A DNA stretch of 64,000 bases from positions 4,340,001 to 4,404,000 of the forward strand of contig NC_092671.1 of NCBI RefSeq assembly GCF_964355755.1, read 5' to 3'. A program made the translations under genes and the position numbers. This document shows, piece by piece, positions 1-12,962 of this stretch. The notes under the pieces were generated by a model. It was not told where the DNA came from and searched no databases. It worked only from the letters and a program-made list of their open reading frames with translations. Numbering within the stretch: the stretch's first letter is position 1; each line of letters starts with the position of its first letter. This DNA comes from Antedon mediterranea (Eukaryota > Animalia > Echinodermata).

Positions 1-924
1 TAAAAATAAACTATCACGCGATCCAAGAATGTTAGTAAAGTATAATATTCCAAACAAATAAAGTGGTTTCACAAGGGCAACATAGACTGTGAATGTCACA
101 CAAACTGTCCAGAATATTTTCCTTTCAGATTTAGAACGTGGGTCGTTCTCACGTGAATTTGATACTATGTTGAGGGATTTTCTTATAGAATAGAGCATAA
201 GTGAATATAAAATTACCATACTTATAATTAGCAACATATTCACAGTTACGTTCAAAATCAACAAAATTAAATAGAGTTTATTGTATCTTGGATGAATACC
301 ACATATAGTTGCACGATTTGTAATACCTCTATACATATCAGGCCATGGAAGAATAATAGAAACGCGTATAGCATACACAAAGGCTAAAGTGTTCACAGAC
401 AAACCGAAAATCCATATAACTGCACACATTTTAACGGATCTTGAAGGAGTACCAAATGCACTTGTTTTATATTCAATAGGTCTGCAAACTGCCATATAAC
501 GTTCAATGGAAAGCCAAAAAATCGTTAAAACTCCTACATGCCCGGCACAAGTACTGAAATAATCAAACTGTCCGCATTCAAAGTTGTGAAATTCCGCTTT
601 ATCAATTTTATAGTTTACCGGTATCAGATCTTCGCTTATCCATATTTTAATTGGTGCCACAATTAAAATGATCGTATCAGCTATTGCCAAATTGGCTAGA
701 TACACGTACGCTGGTGTGTGTAATTTACTCACTATAACGATAAATGTCATTATGTTGCCGACAATGCCAAATGCAACAACAACAGGAGCAATACAGTTAA
801 TCAAAATCCTCTCGAAGTCACTAGGAAGGAACATATCAATGTATACATCAAATAGACTCGTGTTAGATGTTAAATTCCCGTGTTCAGATGCACCATAGGA
901 TGTATTGTCGACCGAAAGTGACAT
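1..924 (-). CDS. Class A GPCR, type-A copy 1 (3' end lies outside the window)
   Basis: Matches 13095-14018 at offset 13094; ATG at 924; the frame runs off the window edge. Confidence 0.85.
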   Translation of the reverse strand, partial: MSLSVDNTSYGASEHGNLTSNTSLFDVYIDMFLPSDFERILINCIAPVVVAFGIVGNIMTFIVIVSKLHTPAYVYLANLAIADTIILIVAPIKIWISEDLIPVNYKIDKAEFHNFECGQFDYFSTCAGHVGVLTIFWLSIERYMAVCRPIEYKTSAFGTPSRSVKMCAVIWIFGLSVNTLAFVYAIRVSIILPWPDMYRGITNRATICGIHPRYNKLYLILLILNVTVNMLLIISMVILYSLMLYSIRKSLNIVSNSRENDPRSKSERKIFWTVCVTFTVYVALVKPLYLFGILYFTNILGSRDSLFL

Positions 925-1294
925 TTCTTTGTTTTCCCCACTGAATTGCTAACAAAATACTGTACACAATCTCCCAAAACAGTCCTAATAATGGTGCTTT
1001 GCCAGAATTCTTTTTAGTAGAGGGACGCGTTCAAACTCACACTACATCTAGGCTATATAACAGGTCCAGATTCTACTGACAATGATAAAATGTGGGAGTT
1101 ACTATGCACGAACGTGAAATGTACTGTACTGTAGGTTTTTACTAAACTCAACATTGTATCCTATTCAAAATAGACTTGACGAATGTAAATTGAATTCAAA
1201 GAATAATGTTAGCGGTGAAATGAAGCCACACCTGTTCACCGCCAATTTTGTACTGTATTGTTTACCGTTGATATAATAAATGTTGAATGTTGTG

Positions 1295-1388
1295 TAGTCC
1301 TTATCCAAGAAGACTTGTTCCACCACCAACTATAGGAGCGTGTCGGCCTCGAACCCATGCCGATGATATTGTTGGCTCATTAGGTAAA
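1295..1388 (-). mobile_element. Deleted relic of the tRNA-derived Meta-type SINE (also ~14389-14482 and ~38970-39065)
   Basis: TAGTCCTTATCC...GACTTGTTCCACCACC...CCTCGAACC matches the fuller SINE at 10495-10811. Confidence 0.6.
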
Positions 1389-2141
1389 CCTAGAACAAAT
1401 TGCAACATGTAAATGAAAATGAAACAAACAAACAGATGATAGACCCCTCTGCAACTTTAATTTATGAATATTAGTTTCGAGGCATTTCATAACATCCGAC
1501 CCAAAATTGCTATCTGCGGACCGACCTCGTTTTTTATTTCTTTGAAAAAATTGATAAATATAATTGTTTGTACGCTTTAAGCTTCCTTATATGGACATTT
1601 TTGTAAACATCGCCATAATTTTATTATCTGATTTCCGCTATGTGGGAAAGAAACAATAAAGTAGTGTTATTTTTTAACAATTTTATTTACTTCTTATACT
1701 TTCTTACCATATGATTTGCCTTGCTTAAACATAACTTAGGATGAGAGTATTACATTTGTTTTAGTTTTTCTTTTACAATTACCTGACTTCATTAACAGAA
1801 ATATAAATGTCAATATTTATTGTGTAAAAAGAAAGACTTAACAAGAGAAAAACCACTATAAGTTGTAGGTCTATCATATTGTTGATTAATTATATCGTCC
1901 TATATATCACTAAAAAACCATTGGAAACTAATTATTTTTATCACATAGGGCCTTAGTAGTGAAACAGTATCTCCATCATATAACAAACCCTTTGTTCTTG
2001 TTTTCTTTGGTGGGGGTGGCCCATATTTATTCTCATATGCATAAACTATACAGACTAAATAAAATAGGATTAGTACACTATCAGTGTCTAACTAATATCT
2101 CTTGTTATCTTCCATTACATTCATTTTCTCTTATAATTGTT

Positions 2142-4764
2142 TTTTTTTTTTCGTCTTGTGTGGGTTCGTCCCACTTTTATTATAGTTCTATAAATATAAA
2201 TAATATATGTATATATGCACATTTATATAATTCTCTTATTTATAAGGTACATTGTTAAAAAAATACATATCTTTTGAACAGTATATACATAAGACTAAGA
2301 TTATTTTGATGTTAAGAAGTAACCACATTTACATTCATATACATTTTTAAAAATACAATTAATTAAAATATGTCGATGGCAGTAAACTGACGATAAAAAT
2401 TGATTTAAAAAAAACGTACTTATGAAAAAGTTATTATTGTTGTTTTATTCTGTTCGTGTCCGTTGTCTGGGTAGAGAGGCTATAAACTCAGGGGAAGAAT
2501 ATAAAGAATCTTCCATTTTCACCAAGAAAAAAATGGATGAGATGAAAACGAAGAATGCAAAATCTTGAAAAAAGGGTGTTTAGAATGGATAGGATGGAAT
2601 GATATATAATGAAAACCGTAAGGTTAGAGTCCATACACAGTGCAAGTCCAAGGTAATATTTTGGCTCTGTGTGTATGTGAGTCGCTTCATACCCGGATGA
2701 CATATCTTAAAACTAATATAGTTACTAGGCCTATATACAATTTATTTAAGAGATAAAAATAGCATTTTTTTTATTTCATTAATTTAAGGAGATTTTGCTT
2801 TATATCTTCCCATTTACATTGAGCTTTAAAGTAGTAGCACTTATACTCATTTTCAATTAAATGCTTTTCCAGATCTTTTTTTCATAGTTGTTTCCTTTTT
2901 TTTCAGGTTTTGTTAATATATGCAACTTATATATAGAGAATACAAATAATGAAATCAATTCATTTACAATTATGTTATTTGATCCAGTAATCATTGTAGT
3001 CCAAGTTATTGGGTCTTCGTTTGAAAAGCTCTTAACTATGACATTTTTAAATTTAAGCCATATCCATTGAATTACACTGCATTTATATAACATGTGTTTT
3101 TCAGTTTCAACCTTGTTTATACATTTATCACATAAATCATTACCTGCTAAGTTCCAGATTTTCAATCGTTTTTACATGGTAGTATTCTATGCAGAAGTTT
3201 AAAATTAAATTGAGCAACTTTGGGTATATGTTTTAGTCTATAAACTTTATAGTACCAAACATTACTCCAATCAATGTCTACCTTACCTAGTTCTATTTCC
3301 CATTTTGTTTGTGAATTTGGTATTTTTGAACATCTATTAATAAAATGATTATAGAAGACTGTTCCTTTATTTTTCATATAAAGTCGTAGACTAGGAATAC
3401 TATTGTCTTCCTTTTTTATATTACCTTTTTCAATAATTTCTTTCCACTCTTTTGGTATGGCTTTTAACAATTGCATATATTCAATTAAGGCGTTATGCCG
3501 TTTATACAGTTTAGGAAATATTTCACAAGGTGAAAGTACTCTATCATTCATGTAAATATCTCCGATTGTTTTAAACCCAGAAGATAACCATACTTTAAAA
3601 TACATAGATTTATTGTTCAATACGATATGTCCGTTTTCCCATAATTGTTGGCTCTTTATTTCCATGGTAGTTTTTGGTTTTACATGTATGATATTGTTTA
3701 ATTTTACAACAGACTTCATCATATTTCTATAAAATAAAGGCATACTGCCCAGGTTAGCATGCTCTTCTAAATTCAACTGCGTTATGTTAACTGTGTATTC
3801 AATAGGTTGAAGGTAAAACTTTGGAAAGCATTTCCATTTACCTGGATCTGGGCTTAAGAGTCTCTTAACCCAGGTTAGTTTGAGAGATTCTATCACCGAA
3901 GTGAGATCTGGCATATTCAAACCACCTTCTTCCACATTTCTAATTAATGTTGTTCGTTTTATTTTTTCTATTTTATTACCTTAAAGGAAGTCATATAACC
4001 GTTTTTCTATTTTTGTAGTTATTTCCTTAGGCACCTCAATAATACTAGCAGTATAGATAAACCTTGATATTGCTAGTGTTTTTATAATAGTAATTTTACC
4101 AAAAAAACTTAGGTTACGTCTTTTCCATAAAGTTAGTACATTTTCTGAGTTGGTGATTTTTTTCTCCCAATTTCTGTATTCACATAATTGTTTATCATAA
4201 CCTACATGTATTCCTATAAATTGTACTGGTTCACTGGACCATACAATATTGAATGGTTTTGACATATTATTTTTGTTTGAACCAATCCACATACCATTTG
4301 TCTTATTTTTATTTAGTTTTAATCCTGACACTCTACAGAATAGATCAATTTCATCGAAAAAATATTTTAGACTACTTTCATCTTGCGTAAAAATAACGGT
4401 ATCGTCTGCAAGTTGAGCAATCTTTACAATGTTGTCATTTTCGTTATTGCTGTTTGGTAATGTAATTCCTTTACATTTAGGATTTTTTCTTATATTTGTG
4501 GCCATTAATTCTGTCACCAAAATAAATAGTAGCGCTGATAATGGACAGCCTTGCCTCACGCCGCACTCCATATTAAAGCTTTCTGAGAGCCATCCGTTAT
4601 TTACTATAACACAATTTGTTTCTTTATAAATTACATTTATCCATTTGATAAAAGAATTACCAAAACCGAAATGACTTAAAGTCTTAAATAATAGTACTCT
4701 ATCTAATGAGTCAAAGGCTTTTGCAAAATCTAGAAATACAATTGCCCCTGACATATTGTTTAAG
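2142..4764 (-). mobile_element. 5'-truncated Tx1/L1-clade LINE, degenerate ORF2 (RT and C-terminal Zn finger)
   Basis: RT motifs LDFAKAFD, GVRQGCPLS and QLADD, EEGGL motif, and CDKC..ETEKH. In-frame stop at 3981 and frameshift near 3165. Poly(A) seen as a T run at 2140-2151. TSD CTTATAATTGTT at 2130-2141 and 4765-4776. Empty site near 39815. Confidence 0.93.
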
Positions 4765-5471
4765 CTTATAATTGTTAATAATTCTTTTATACAGTATCCA
4801 TCGTAATAATAGTAATTATTGCCTGCACAGTCCGAATAGTGCATTTGTTCTTTATGTATCTTTTTTATCTTTAATTACTTGTTGAGTGCTAGGCCTATGT
4901 TTTGTATTTTTTTATGCGATATTTTATGTTCAACCTCAATTGTTAAATAATGAATTGCGATAATAAAGTTCAAGTTTATAATAAAGCTACAGATCAGCAG
5001 GCCGGAGAAAAACTAAAGGACAAGTCGTATTTCAGATTGACCAACGGTAGAGATTGATAACCTGACATATAGACAAATTTGTATAGACTAGGTTATATAT
5101 TTGAAACTACTTAAAGTGAAATAATTGTCACCATTTCAAACTAATTCATATTTGGGTCTCTTAATTTCATGTAGGCTATACTGTATATATATATACCGTG
5201 CTCAACTCAGTCCTATAAGTATGCATCAGAGTTGGTATCATTTATCAATATTTGCTTATATTTTTGCTTAAACTGAAATATTTAAGAAGTGCTTAAGCAA
5301 TTAACTTAAGCATATCTGTATTGTAGAGGACCTCTTGAGACAAGCTATTGCTTCTAGTGCGGGCCCCAGTTATTGTCAATATAACTGAATAAATGTGTAT
5401 GAATGAATGAGAATATTAATTTATCAAACCGTCTTAGCAGAAAAACTGTCTTTGCGCATGCGTAATATTAA

Positions 5472-5487
5472 ACACTAGAGGGCAGCA
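5472..5487 (+). promoter_or_regulatory. CTCF-like motif ACACTAGAGGGCAGCA beside an NRF1-like TGCGCATGCG (also 18566-18581 and 40521-40536)
   Basis: Resembles known consensus motifs only; no functional evidence. Confidence 0.3.
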
Positions 5488-5999
5488 AATTATGTCTTAA
5501 GACGAACCTTTTTTTCTCTTAGCGATAACGGTGCTTTACATATTTCACTGGCAGAGCAGTAGTCGTATTATTATATAAATATATGGCTCGCTGTCCATTG
5601 GGAGCCTCGATTAAGCACCATCTTCTTAAAATTATTTCTTTGAATTCCCGTGTTCAGATTCATCATAGGATACATTTGGAATTTATAAGCTACACCCTGA
5701 TTTTTCTCACTATCAACACATTTACCTTGTTTGTGTACCATTTCCATAAATTACCGAGGGTAACATAAACTGCCAATCAAACAATTTTCCTTTCGGATTT
5801 AGAATGGAAGTTGTTGCACCGGTGGCGGATTGGAAACGCATTGCGGGATCTTCTTACAGAATAGAGCATAAGTAAATATAAAATTACAATAATTATAATT
5901 AGCAAAATATTTACACAGTTCAGAATCCACAAAACCATATATCGTTTATCGTGATTAATATCACATATAGTTGCACGATTTGAGATACCATACATATCA

Positions 6000-8900
6000 T
6001 TTTTTTTATTTTTATTTTATTTTATTTTTAAAACCAGAAACAACAGCAGAAACAAATCCGCCACTTACAGCTTGGTTTAACAGATACAAAACAATTACAA
6101 CAACTCAGAAACACTTAAATTACGACGAAACAGATAAAGATTGGAATTAAAAATGTCAATATGGGGATGGGCCTGGACTAAAATATTATAATATAAACTT
6201 AATCTACTGATGTAACCACTTTTGAGAACATTGACTCTACAAAAGGGAACACAAAGGATACTATTGTTTCTTAAATTACGGGCGGGAACACGAATACCGA
6301 AATTGGAGATAAAGTTGCAGTCAAAAATAGAATGAAGACATTTAAAAAGAAAAATAAGATCATTGTGACATCTACGTAATGAAGGGGGAGATATGGGATA
6401 TATTTTGTTATCATCACAATTATAAAGATTGTTACATTTAAAAAGATTATTCTGATTGTGGTTGTGGCTGATGTAGCGCAAAAATCTAGAATAGAGTCGG
6501 TCAATACGTGAGGCTTGGGTTTTGGAGATCGAATTGTAAATAACAGAACAAAAGTCTAAATTAGGTTGGATTAAGGTGATATATAGATAAACTTTGGAAG
6601 AACGACCGAGATATTTTCCATTGCGCCACATCAGCCCAAGCAGCTTATTGCATTTATTTAGAAGATGATCGACAAGGGAACTATCTAAAATAATACCGAG
6701 ATCACGATGTTGATGCACCTTATTAATAGGTTTGTCGTCGATGGAATAGACATAAACAATTTTATTTTTATTTAAAGTACAGGACAAAATATTGCACTTG
6801 GAAGAGTTTAACATCATGCCCCACAAAGTGGACCAGGAACTAAATTTAGTAAGGTCTCCCTGAAGCATTTCAGCATCTTCATAACTGTTGATAGTTTTAA
6901 TAATTTTAAGATCGTCAGCAAACATAAGACAATCTGAATAGCGAAACAGCGATGGAATATCGTTCACATACAAATTAAAAAGGAGGGGACCGAGGATTGA
7001 CCCCTGAGGAACACCGGAATGAACTGGAAGCCACTCAGATGCCTCGCCATCGATAACTACACGTTGATGTCTACCATCCAAATAGCTGAACCAGGACAAA
7101 AGATGAGGATTAAAACCAAGTCGTTGAAGTTTAAAAATAAGAAGACTGTGTGGCACCAAATCAAAAGCTTTTGAGAAGTCAGTATATATAACATCACATT
7201 GTGGCCCTTGATGGCATCATACACAGTTGTCAGAAGACAAGCAAGATTTGTTTCATATGACCTGTTGGGAACGAAACCATGCTGATAGAGAGAGATGGTA
7301 GGATGAACATGGGACCAAATGTGATTATACATGACTCGTTCGAAAAGTTTTGAGATGGTAGGCAAAATTGAAATCGGTCTGTAATTGGTGACGGATTTCT
7401 TGGAACCAGATTTGTAGATAGGAACAACATTAGATTGCTTCCAGAAAGATGGGAATTTACCAAAAGTCAGAGATTTGTTAAAAATAGAACAGATAGGAAT
7501 AGAGAGAGGTTTCGCACAAACTTTTAAAACATGGTTACTCAGCTCATCACAGCCAGAAGCTTTATGTGGTTTGATAGACGTAAGCAGTTTGTAAACAGAA
7601 TCCGGCTGAATATCAGGTATAATTAAATAATCAAGGGATGATTCAGGGAGAGCATGATGTTGGTCAGTGATACTTAAAGTAGATTTTTGAAAAACAGAAT
7701 GAAAAAATGAATTAAACAAAATAGCTTTATCTTTCGCACTCTCCGCGACCTTGTCCCCGTAGTTCAAAACAGACGGATAAGACGACGTTTTTGTTTTCGT
7801 CTTGATCCATGTCCAAAAGCGCTTGGGATTAGATTTTATGCTATCAGAGAGGGAACGGATATATTGTGAGTAATTCTTTTTGGCAAGCTTTTTAACGTTT
7901 TTCTGGCCGTAATGAAATATTTTTAAAGTGTATTAGTTTATGTTTTTTCCACATTCTGAAAAGGTGTTCTTTACGTTTCAAGATAGCTCTAATTTCATGG
8001 TCAAACCATGGCGGCATTTGGCGTCTGAATGTTTTGATGGGGACAAGATCGCGGAGGGCGGCGTCAATTAAATCGTAAAAAACAGTAACACAATCATCAA
8101 CATTGTCTTCGGTATTAATGATATCAAAAGGAACTTTGTCGAAATGATCAATAAGGTCGCTGTTATTAATTGCTTTAAAATTATAAGATTTTCTATGTAA
8201 TCTATTATGACTAATATTGGCAACATAAAAATTTAAAGACAATATAAGAGAGCGATGGTCAGAAGAAAAAATATCTTGACCAACAACAATGTCAGAAATA
8301 AGTTCCTTAGAATTGCATAAAATTAAATCAAGAATATTATTGTTACATGTAGCCGTAACATTACATTGGATCAAATTAAGACCGTTCAACAAGCTGTTAA
8401 TGAATAGTTCACCAATTGAATTTGTGGATGCTGATCCCGTACCATCAGTTGTCCACTTAATGTTGGGAAGGTTAAGATCTCCTACCAAGATGAGTTGATG
8501 CCGGAGGTAAGTAGACATTGCATCTTCAACCAATTGGGCGATTTTTAAAATACTCTCACGATTGCTGTTTGGTGCTCTATAGACGACTCCGATAAGTACA
8601 ACTTTACTTTTACTCATTTTGATTTCAGTCCATAGTAATTCCACATCTTTATGTTCAAGATGGACCAATCGTCTCGATTTAAACTTGTTGGAGGTAAGCA
8701 ACATAATTCCGCCTCCCCTTCTACCATCGTTTCTGTCTTTCCTATGTGTGGTGAAACCAGGACAGTATAATTCTGAGTCGGAAACAAATGAATTGAGCCA
8801 TGTTTCAGAGAAACAAACGAAGTCAAATGAATTATTTAAAAGATGACCTTGCAATTCAGAGTTGTATACATCTAGTTTATTTTTTATGCTTCTAATGTTC

Positions 8901-9449
8901 TGATAGTAGAGCTCAGGAGTGTTGTTGTTATTGTTTTGATTTTGATGACTGGACGTGGTAGAGCATGTGGAATTCAAAACATGTTGACCGATCGTTGGTC
9001 CGGGATTGACTTCGATGTCGCCACACTTGATAAGCGTAGGTTGAAAAGTTGAGACACAAGATCTAGCTGAAAAGTATGGAACTCTGGCACCACTGTATTT
9101 GAGATGAGTAGTACCATTGTTCCTACAGCGTCTACAATCGAGTAGGCCGGCAATTTCAGGCTGAATGCCCAGCCATTGTTCATAACAAAGGTGGACATCG
9201 GTATTAATTGTTGTGTGCAGGTGTGTACAGCAATGCACAGTGAGGCCTAGCAAGTTGTGAATGATTAGAGGTAAATAATCGTCAAACTGCATAAACTTAC
9301 GTCCGTTGATACATTGCACAGTGTTTATATTTGCTTCAGGATGATATGTGCTGGTTTTTAAGATGAAATTATATCTTAGATGGCATATAAAAAAACACAG
9401 ATAGAGAACGTAATGAGAACGACGTGTACTGGCCATTGTATCTTTTTAT
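6000..9449 (-). mobile_element. CR1/L2-group LINE with a single long ORF (2A-like peptide, APE, RT), frameshifted
   Basis: APE motifs YQNIRS, SETWL, GDLNLP and SDH; RT motifs YRPIS, GVPQGSILGP and FADD; (TAAAA)n tail at 6000-6030; flanked by CATACATATCA at 5989-5999 and 9450-9460; frameshifts near 7930 and 7203. Confidence 0.92.
8996..9040 (-). other. 2A-like StopGo peptide PTLIKCGDIEVNPG/P (also 22094-22138)
   Basis: Exact match to the D(V/I)ExNPGP consensus, placed shortly upstream of the APE domain. Confidence 0.85.
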
Positions 9450-10494
9450 CATACATATCAGGCCAAGGAAAAATGATTGATACGCGTACAATATATACAA
9501 ATACAACAGTGTTCACCGCCAAACAAAAAATCCATATTACTGCAGACATTTTAACAGATCTTGAGAGAATACCGAATCCACTTCCTATAAACCAATAAAG
9601 TTTACAAACTGCTATGTAACGTTCAATAGAAAGCAAAAAAATCGTGTAAAACTCTTACGTGCCCGGCACAAGTACGGAAACAATAAAACAGTCCACAATC
9701 CAAGTTATTCATTTCCACTTTATCAATCGTATAGTTTACCGGTATTAGATCTTCGCTTATCCATATTTTAATTGGTGCCAAAATTAAAATCATAATATCA
9801 GCTAATGCTAAATTTGCTAGATACACGTAAACTGGTTTGTGCAATTTACTCACCATAACGATAAATGCCATTATGTTGTTGACAATGCCAAAAGCAGCAA
9901 CAACAGGAGTAATATAGTTAATCAAAATCCTCTCAAAGTCACTAGGAAGGAACATATCAATGTATGTATCAAATAGACTCGTTTTAGATGTTAAATTCTC
10001 GTGTTCGGATGCACCATAGGATACATTGTCGACTGCAAGTGACATTTCTTTGTTTTAGAAGAATTCCCACAAAAATTACAATACAAGAAAACGTGAACGG
10101 TAACGATGATTGAAGTAAGACGCCAGTGACCTGATAACAAATGCTGTACAAAATCTCTCATACAGTCCTAATGCTGGTTTGTCAGAATTCTATTGAGTAG
10201 AGGGACGTGTTCAAACTTACAGTGTACACCTATTTTATAGTTCAGATGACAATAATAAAATGTGGGCGTTACTATGCACAATCGTGATTTTAAAATATAT
10301 TGGTATACGGTGGTTTTACTAAACTTAACGTATCATATTCAAATGTAGACGTGACGAATGAGAATTTAATTCAGAGAATTAGTTATCGGTGGAATGTAGC
10401 CACACCTATTTACCACCAATAAGGAAAAATGACTTTAATTATAATGATATGTACTTGATAAACAGGCCATCGTTGTTGTTTAACAATATATATT

Positions 10495-10811
10495 TTTATT
10501 TAATATCTTTAGGCACATGTGGCAAAAGATTACCAACAGTAAATTATAATCACTGTCCTATCAGACAGGTGGTAATCCCTCTGATACAGGAGATATTTTG
10601 TGAACCAGTTAACCGGGGTAACCTCATACACGTCTCGAATGATGAACTGGGTTCTTTAAAGTGCACACAGGTTATAACTGTGTACACTGGACCTATGGTT
10701 TATAGTCCTTATCCGAGGAGACTTGTTCCACCACCAGAACTAGGAGCGATTCAGCCTCGAACCATTGCCGATGTTGTTGGCTCTTTAGGTAACCGATCGG
10801 CCATTTGACTC
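10495..10811 (-). mobile_element. tRNA-derived SINE with a Meta-like central domain
   Basis: Minus strand shows A-box TGGCCGATCGGTTA, B-box GGTTCGAGGC, then CCTCGGATAAGGACTATAAACC.TAGGTCC and GCACTTTAAAGAACCC (recalled as the MetaSINE core), and an A-rich tail. Confidence 0.7.
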
Positions 10812-11749
10812 GCGGATGACTAAAATACACTCACTTCTATAACACATACAGCATATTACAATATTTAAAAGCATTTTTTAAAAATAAGGTTAAACATATA
10901 TAAATACAAAAATGTAAAATTATTCTTTTACATAAATGCTAATTTGTTATTAATATATAGGCCTAGTAAACCTAAGAAAAAATTGCGACTTTATCTAAAT
11001 GAACATCATAACAAACAGACTACATAATTTTAGGTATGAATATCAGTTTCGAGGCATTTCATAACATCAGACCCAAAGATGCAATCTGACCATCGCATGA
11101 TCCTCGTTTTTTATTTCTTCGAAAAAAATGATAAATACAATTGTTTGTACGCTTTAAAGTTTCCTTATATGGATAGTGGTGTATGCTGATAGGCTTACAT
11201 CACCATTATTTTATTTCCGCTATGTCGGGAAAGAAACAATTAAGCATTATTTTTTACAAATTTATTCATTATTTTTTTACAAAAAAAATAAATTAAAAAA
11301 AAAATATTTTACTTATCATATGATGTGCAGGATGTAATATAATCTTAGGATCACAGTCATTATTACATAACTACATAATCGGAGTTCGTGATAATCCTAT
11401 GATGTACGGTAATCTGAGTATAAAAACGGTGTCATATAAAAGTCACACAATCTGTGAAAAATGTTTCCTTCTTAGATGTAATACTAGGATCGGATGCTTG
11501 ACGATTTGCTACCTGTACGGAATTTACTTAAAGCATAAAGTATACCAAAGAATATTATAAGAATGAGAGCAATCCGCAATTTCTCTGCCACACTAATGTT
11601 TCGCAGAGTCATAATAATTAACTGGCTCTGGTTTTCCGTGGAGTAGGGCATCGACAAGTTTTTGTGGCGGTTATACTAATCTAAGCCCGGACAAAGGGGT
11701 TTTATGATAAAAATGTTATCAACTATACATATGCTAACATCATGTTAAA

Positions 11750-12060
11750 TGCCACATCATCATTGTCACCATCTTCAAACGTCACTATCCTTATCACCAT
11801 ACCCTCATCATTGTCACCATTATCATTTTCATCATCATCATTGCCACCATCGTCAAACGTCACCATCTTCATCATCATTGTCACTATTACCATTGTCACC
11901 ATCATCGTTTTCACCATCATCATTGTCACCATTGTCAAACGTAATCATCCACATCATCATTGTCACCATCGTCAGACTTAACCATCCTCGTCACCATTGT
12001 CACCATTATCAACGTCATCATCCTCGTCATCATTATCATGGTCACCATCTTCATTGTTGG
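11750..12060. repeat. Imperfect (CAT/CAC/TGT)n repeat, core TCATCATTGTCACCA
   Basis: Directly visible; it produces the spurious poly-His/Ile/Ser ORFs. Confidence 0.9.
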
Positions 12061-12160
12061 CATTCACACGGTGTTTGATAAAGAAAGACAATTTTTCATT
12101 TATTTTTTTGCACAAATAATTATTAACCAAAAGCAACTGGAAATAAAGCCTAATATTTAA

Positions 12161-12430
12161 AGATGTATTGTCCCTTAAAAACATGAAAATGGATTTTGTA
12201 TAGGCCATTTTGTAGTTATAACAAAGTTAATCACTTCCATAGAAAAAAACCCGAAAAAATATGATTTCACTTACAAAATGACAAAATAAACAATTCAATT
12301 CAATCAGAAACTCACTGACTTCCAGCCAATTTGACTATTTAAAAAAAAATTACAGTTTTCAGGTAAATAATCCAGGTAATAACAATTATGTGACATTAAA
12401 ATGGCATATAAAAAAAGGGACAATACATCT
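12161..12430. mobile_element. Kolobok-like MITE (also 25649-25915 and 46213-46481)
   Basis: TIRs AGATGTATTGTCCCTT / AAGGGACAATACATCT with TTAA on both sides; purine-purine termini fit Kolobok rather than piggyBac. Confidence 0.7.
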
Positions 12431-12962
12431 TTAATAAATTTAATTATAAACATTAATTTTTCTATACAATAATAAAACAATTAAACAGTCCATTAAGCAG
12501 ATTTACTGGATTTTACGTTTTGTATAGAATACACTTATATTTATGTTAACGTTATCCTCTTCCATTCCCTATGAAGGTACGTATCTATAAACGCATCAAA
12601 TACAGATGGAAGTGAAATTTTGTTTTAAATGGTTTCTAATGTTAATAACAATAGAAGTAATAATGAAGTGGGTCCTTCTTGAAATAAAAGTCAAAGATAC
12701 ATTATAAGGACGATAATTGTGATTTCTTATGCACTTTTAGAGGTGCAGTATTTTTAAAAGCAATGACAAAAAGTATTGCAAGACGTTCATAAGTAAGACT
12801 GAAACAAGTTTAGACGTAAATATGTTGAAATGAAATTATTCATTAATTAATGTTTTTAAAAGATTTAAAAATATACGGTAATCTATCATGTTTGCTAATG
12901 AAGTAAGTAATAATTTTAATTCCGGCATAGATTAAATAAAAGTAAAGTATAAATTGGTAAAA

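Larger units (their letters stand above)
5620..10045 (-). pseudogene. GPCR pseudogene B1, split by a LINE
   Basis: GPCR fragments at 9623-10045 (NLALAD), the SIERY segment 9450-9636, and 5777-5995 (SERKIV). Frameshift near 9646 and a decayed 3' end. Confidence 0.9.

Noticed and set aside
4765-4844. N-terminus MHYSDCAGN... of the 287-aa RT ORF
   Set aside because: It lies beyond the TSD in flanking DNA, also present at the empty site near 39815-39895.
5190-5540. Possible MITE with CTTAAG palindromes and a short LINE tail ending in (GAAT)n
   Set aside because: I could not define matching TIRs or a TSD, and no empty site is available.
10389-10808. Recurrent plus-strand ORF ending PPPELGAIQPRTIADVVGSLGNRSAI
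   Set aside because: Antisense to a tRNA-derived SINE; start and frame differ among copies.
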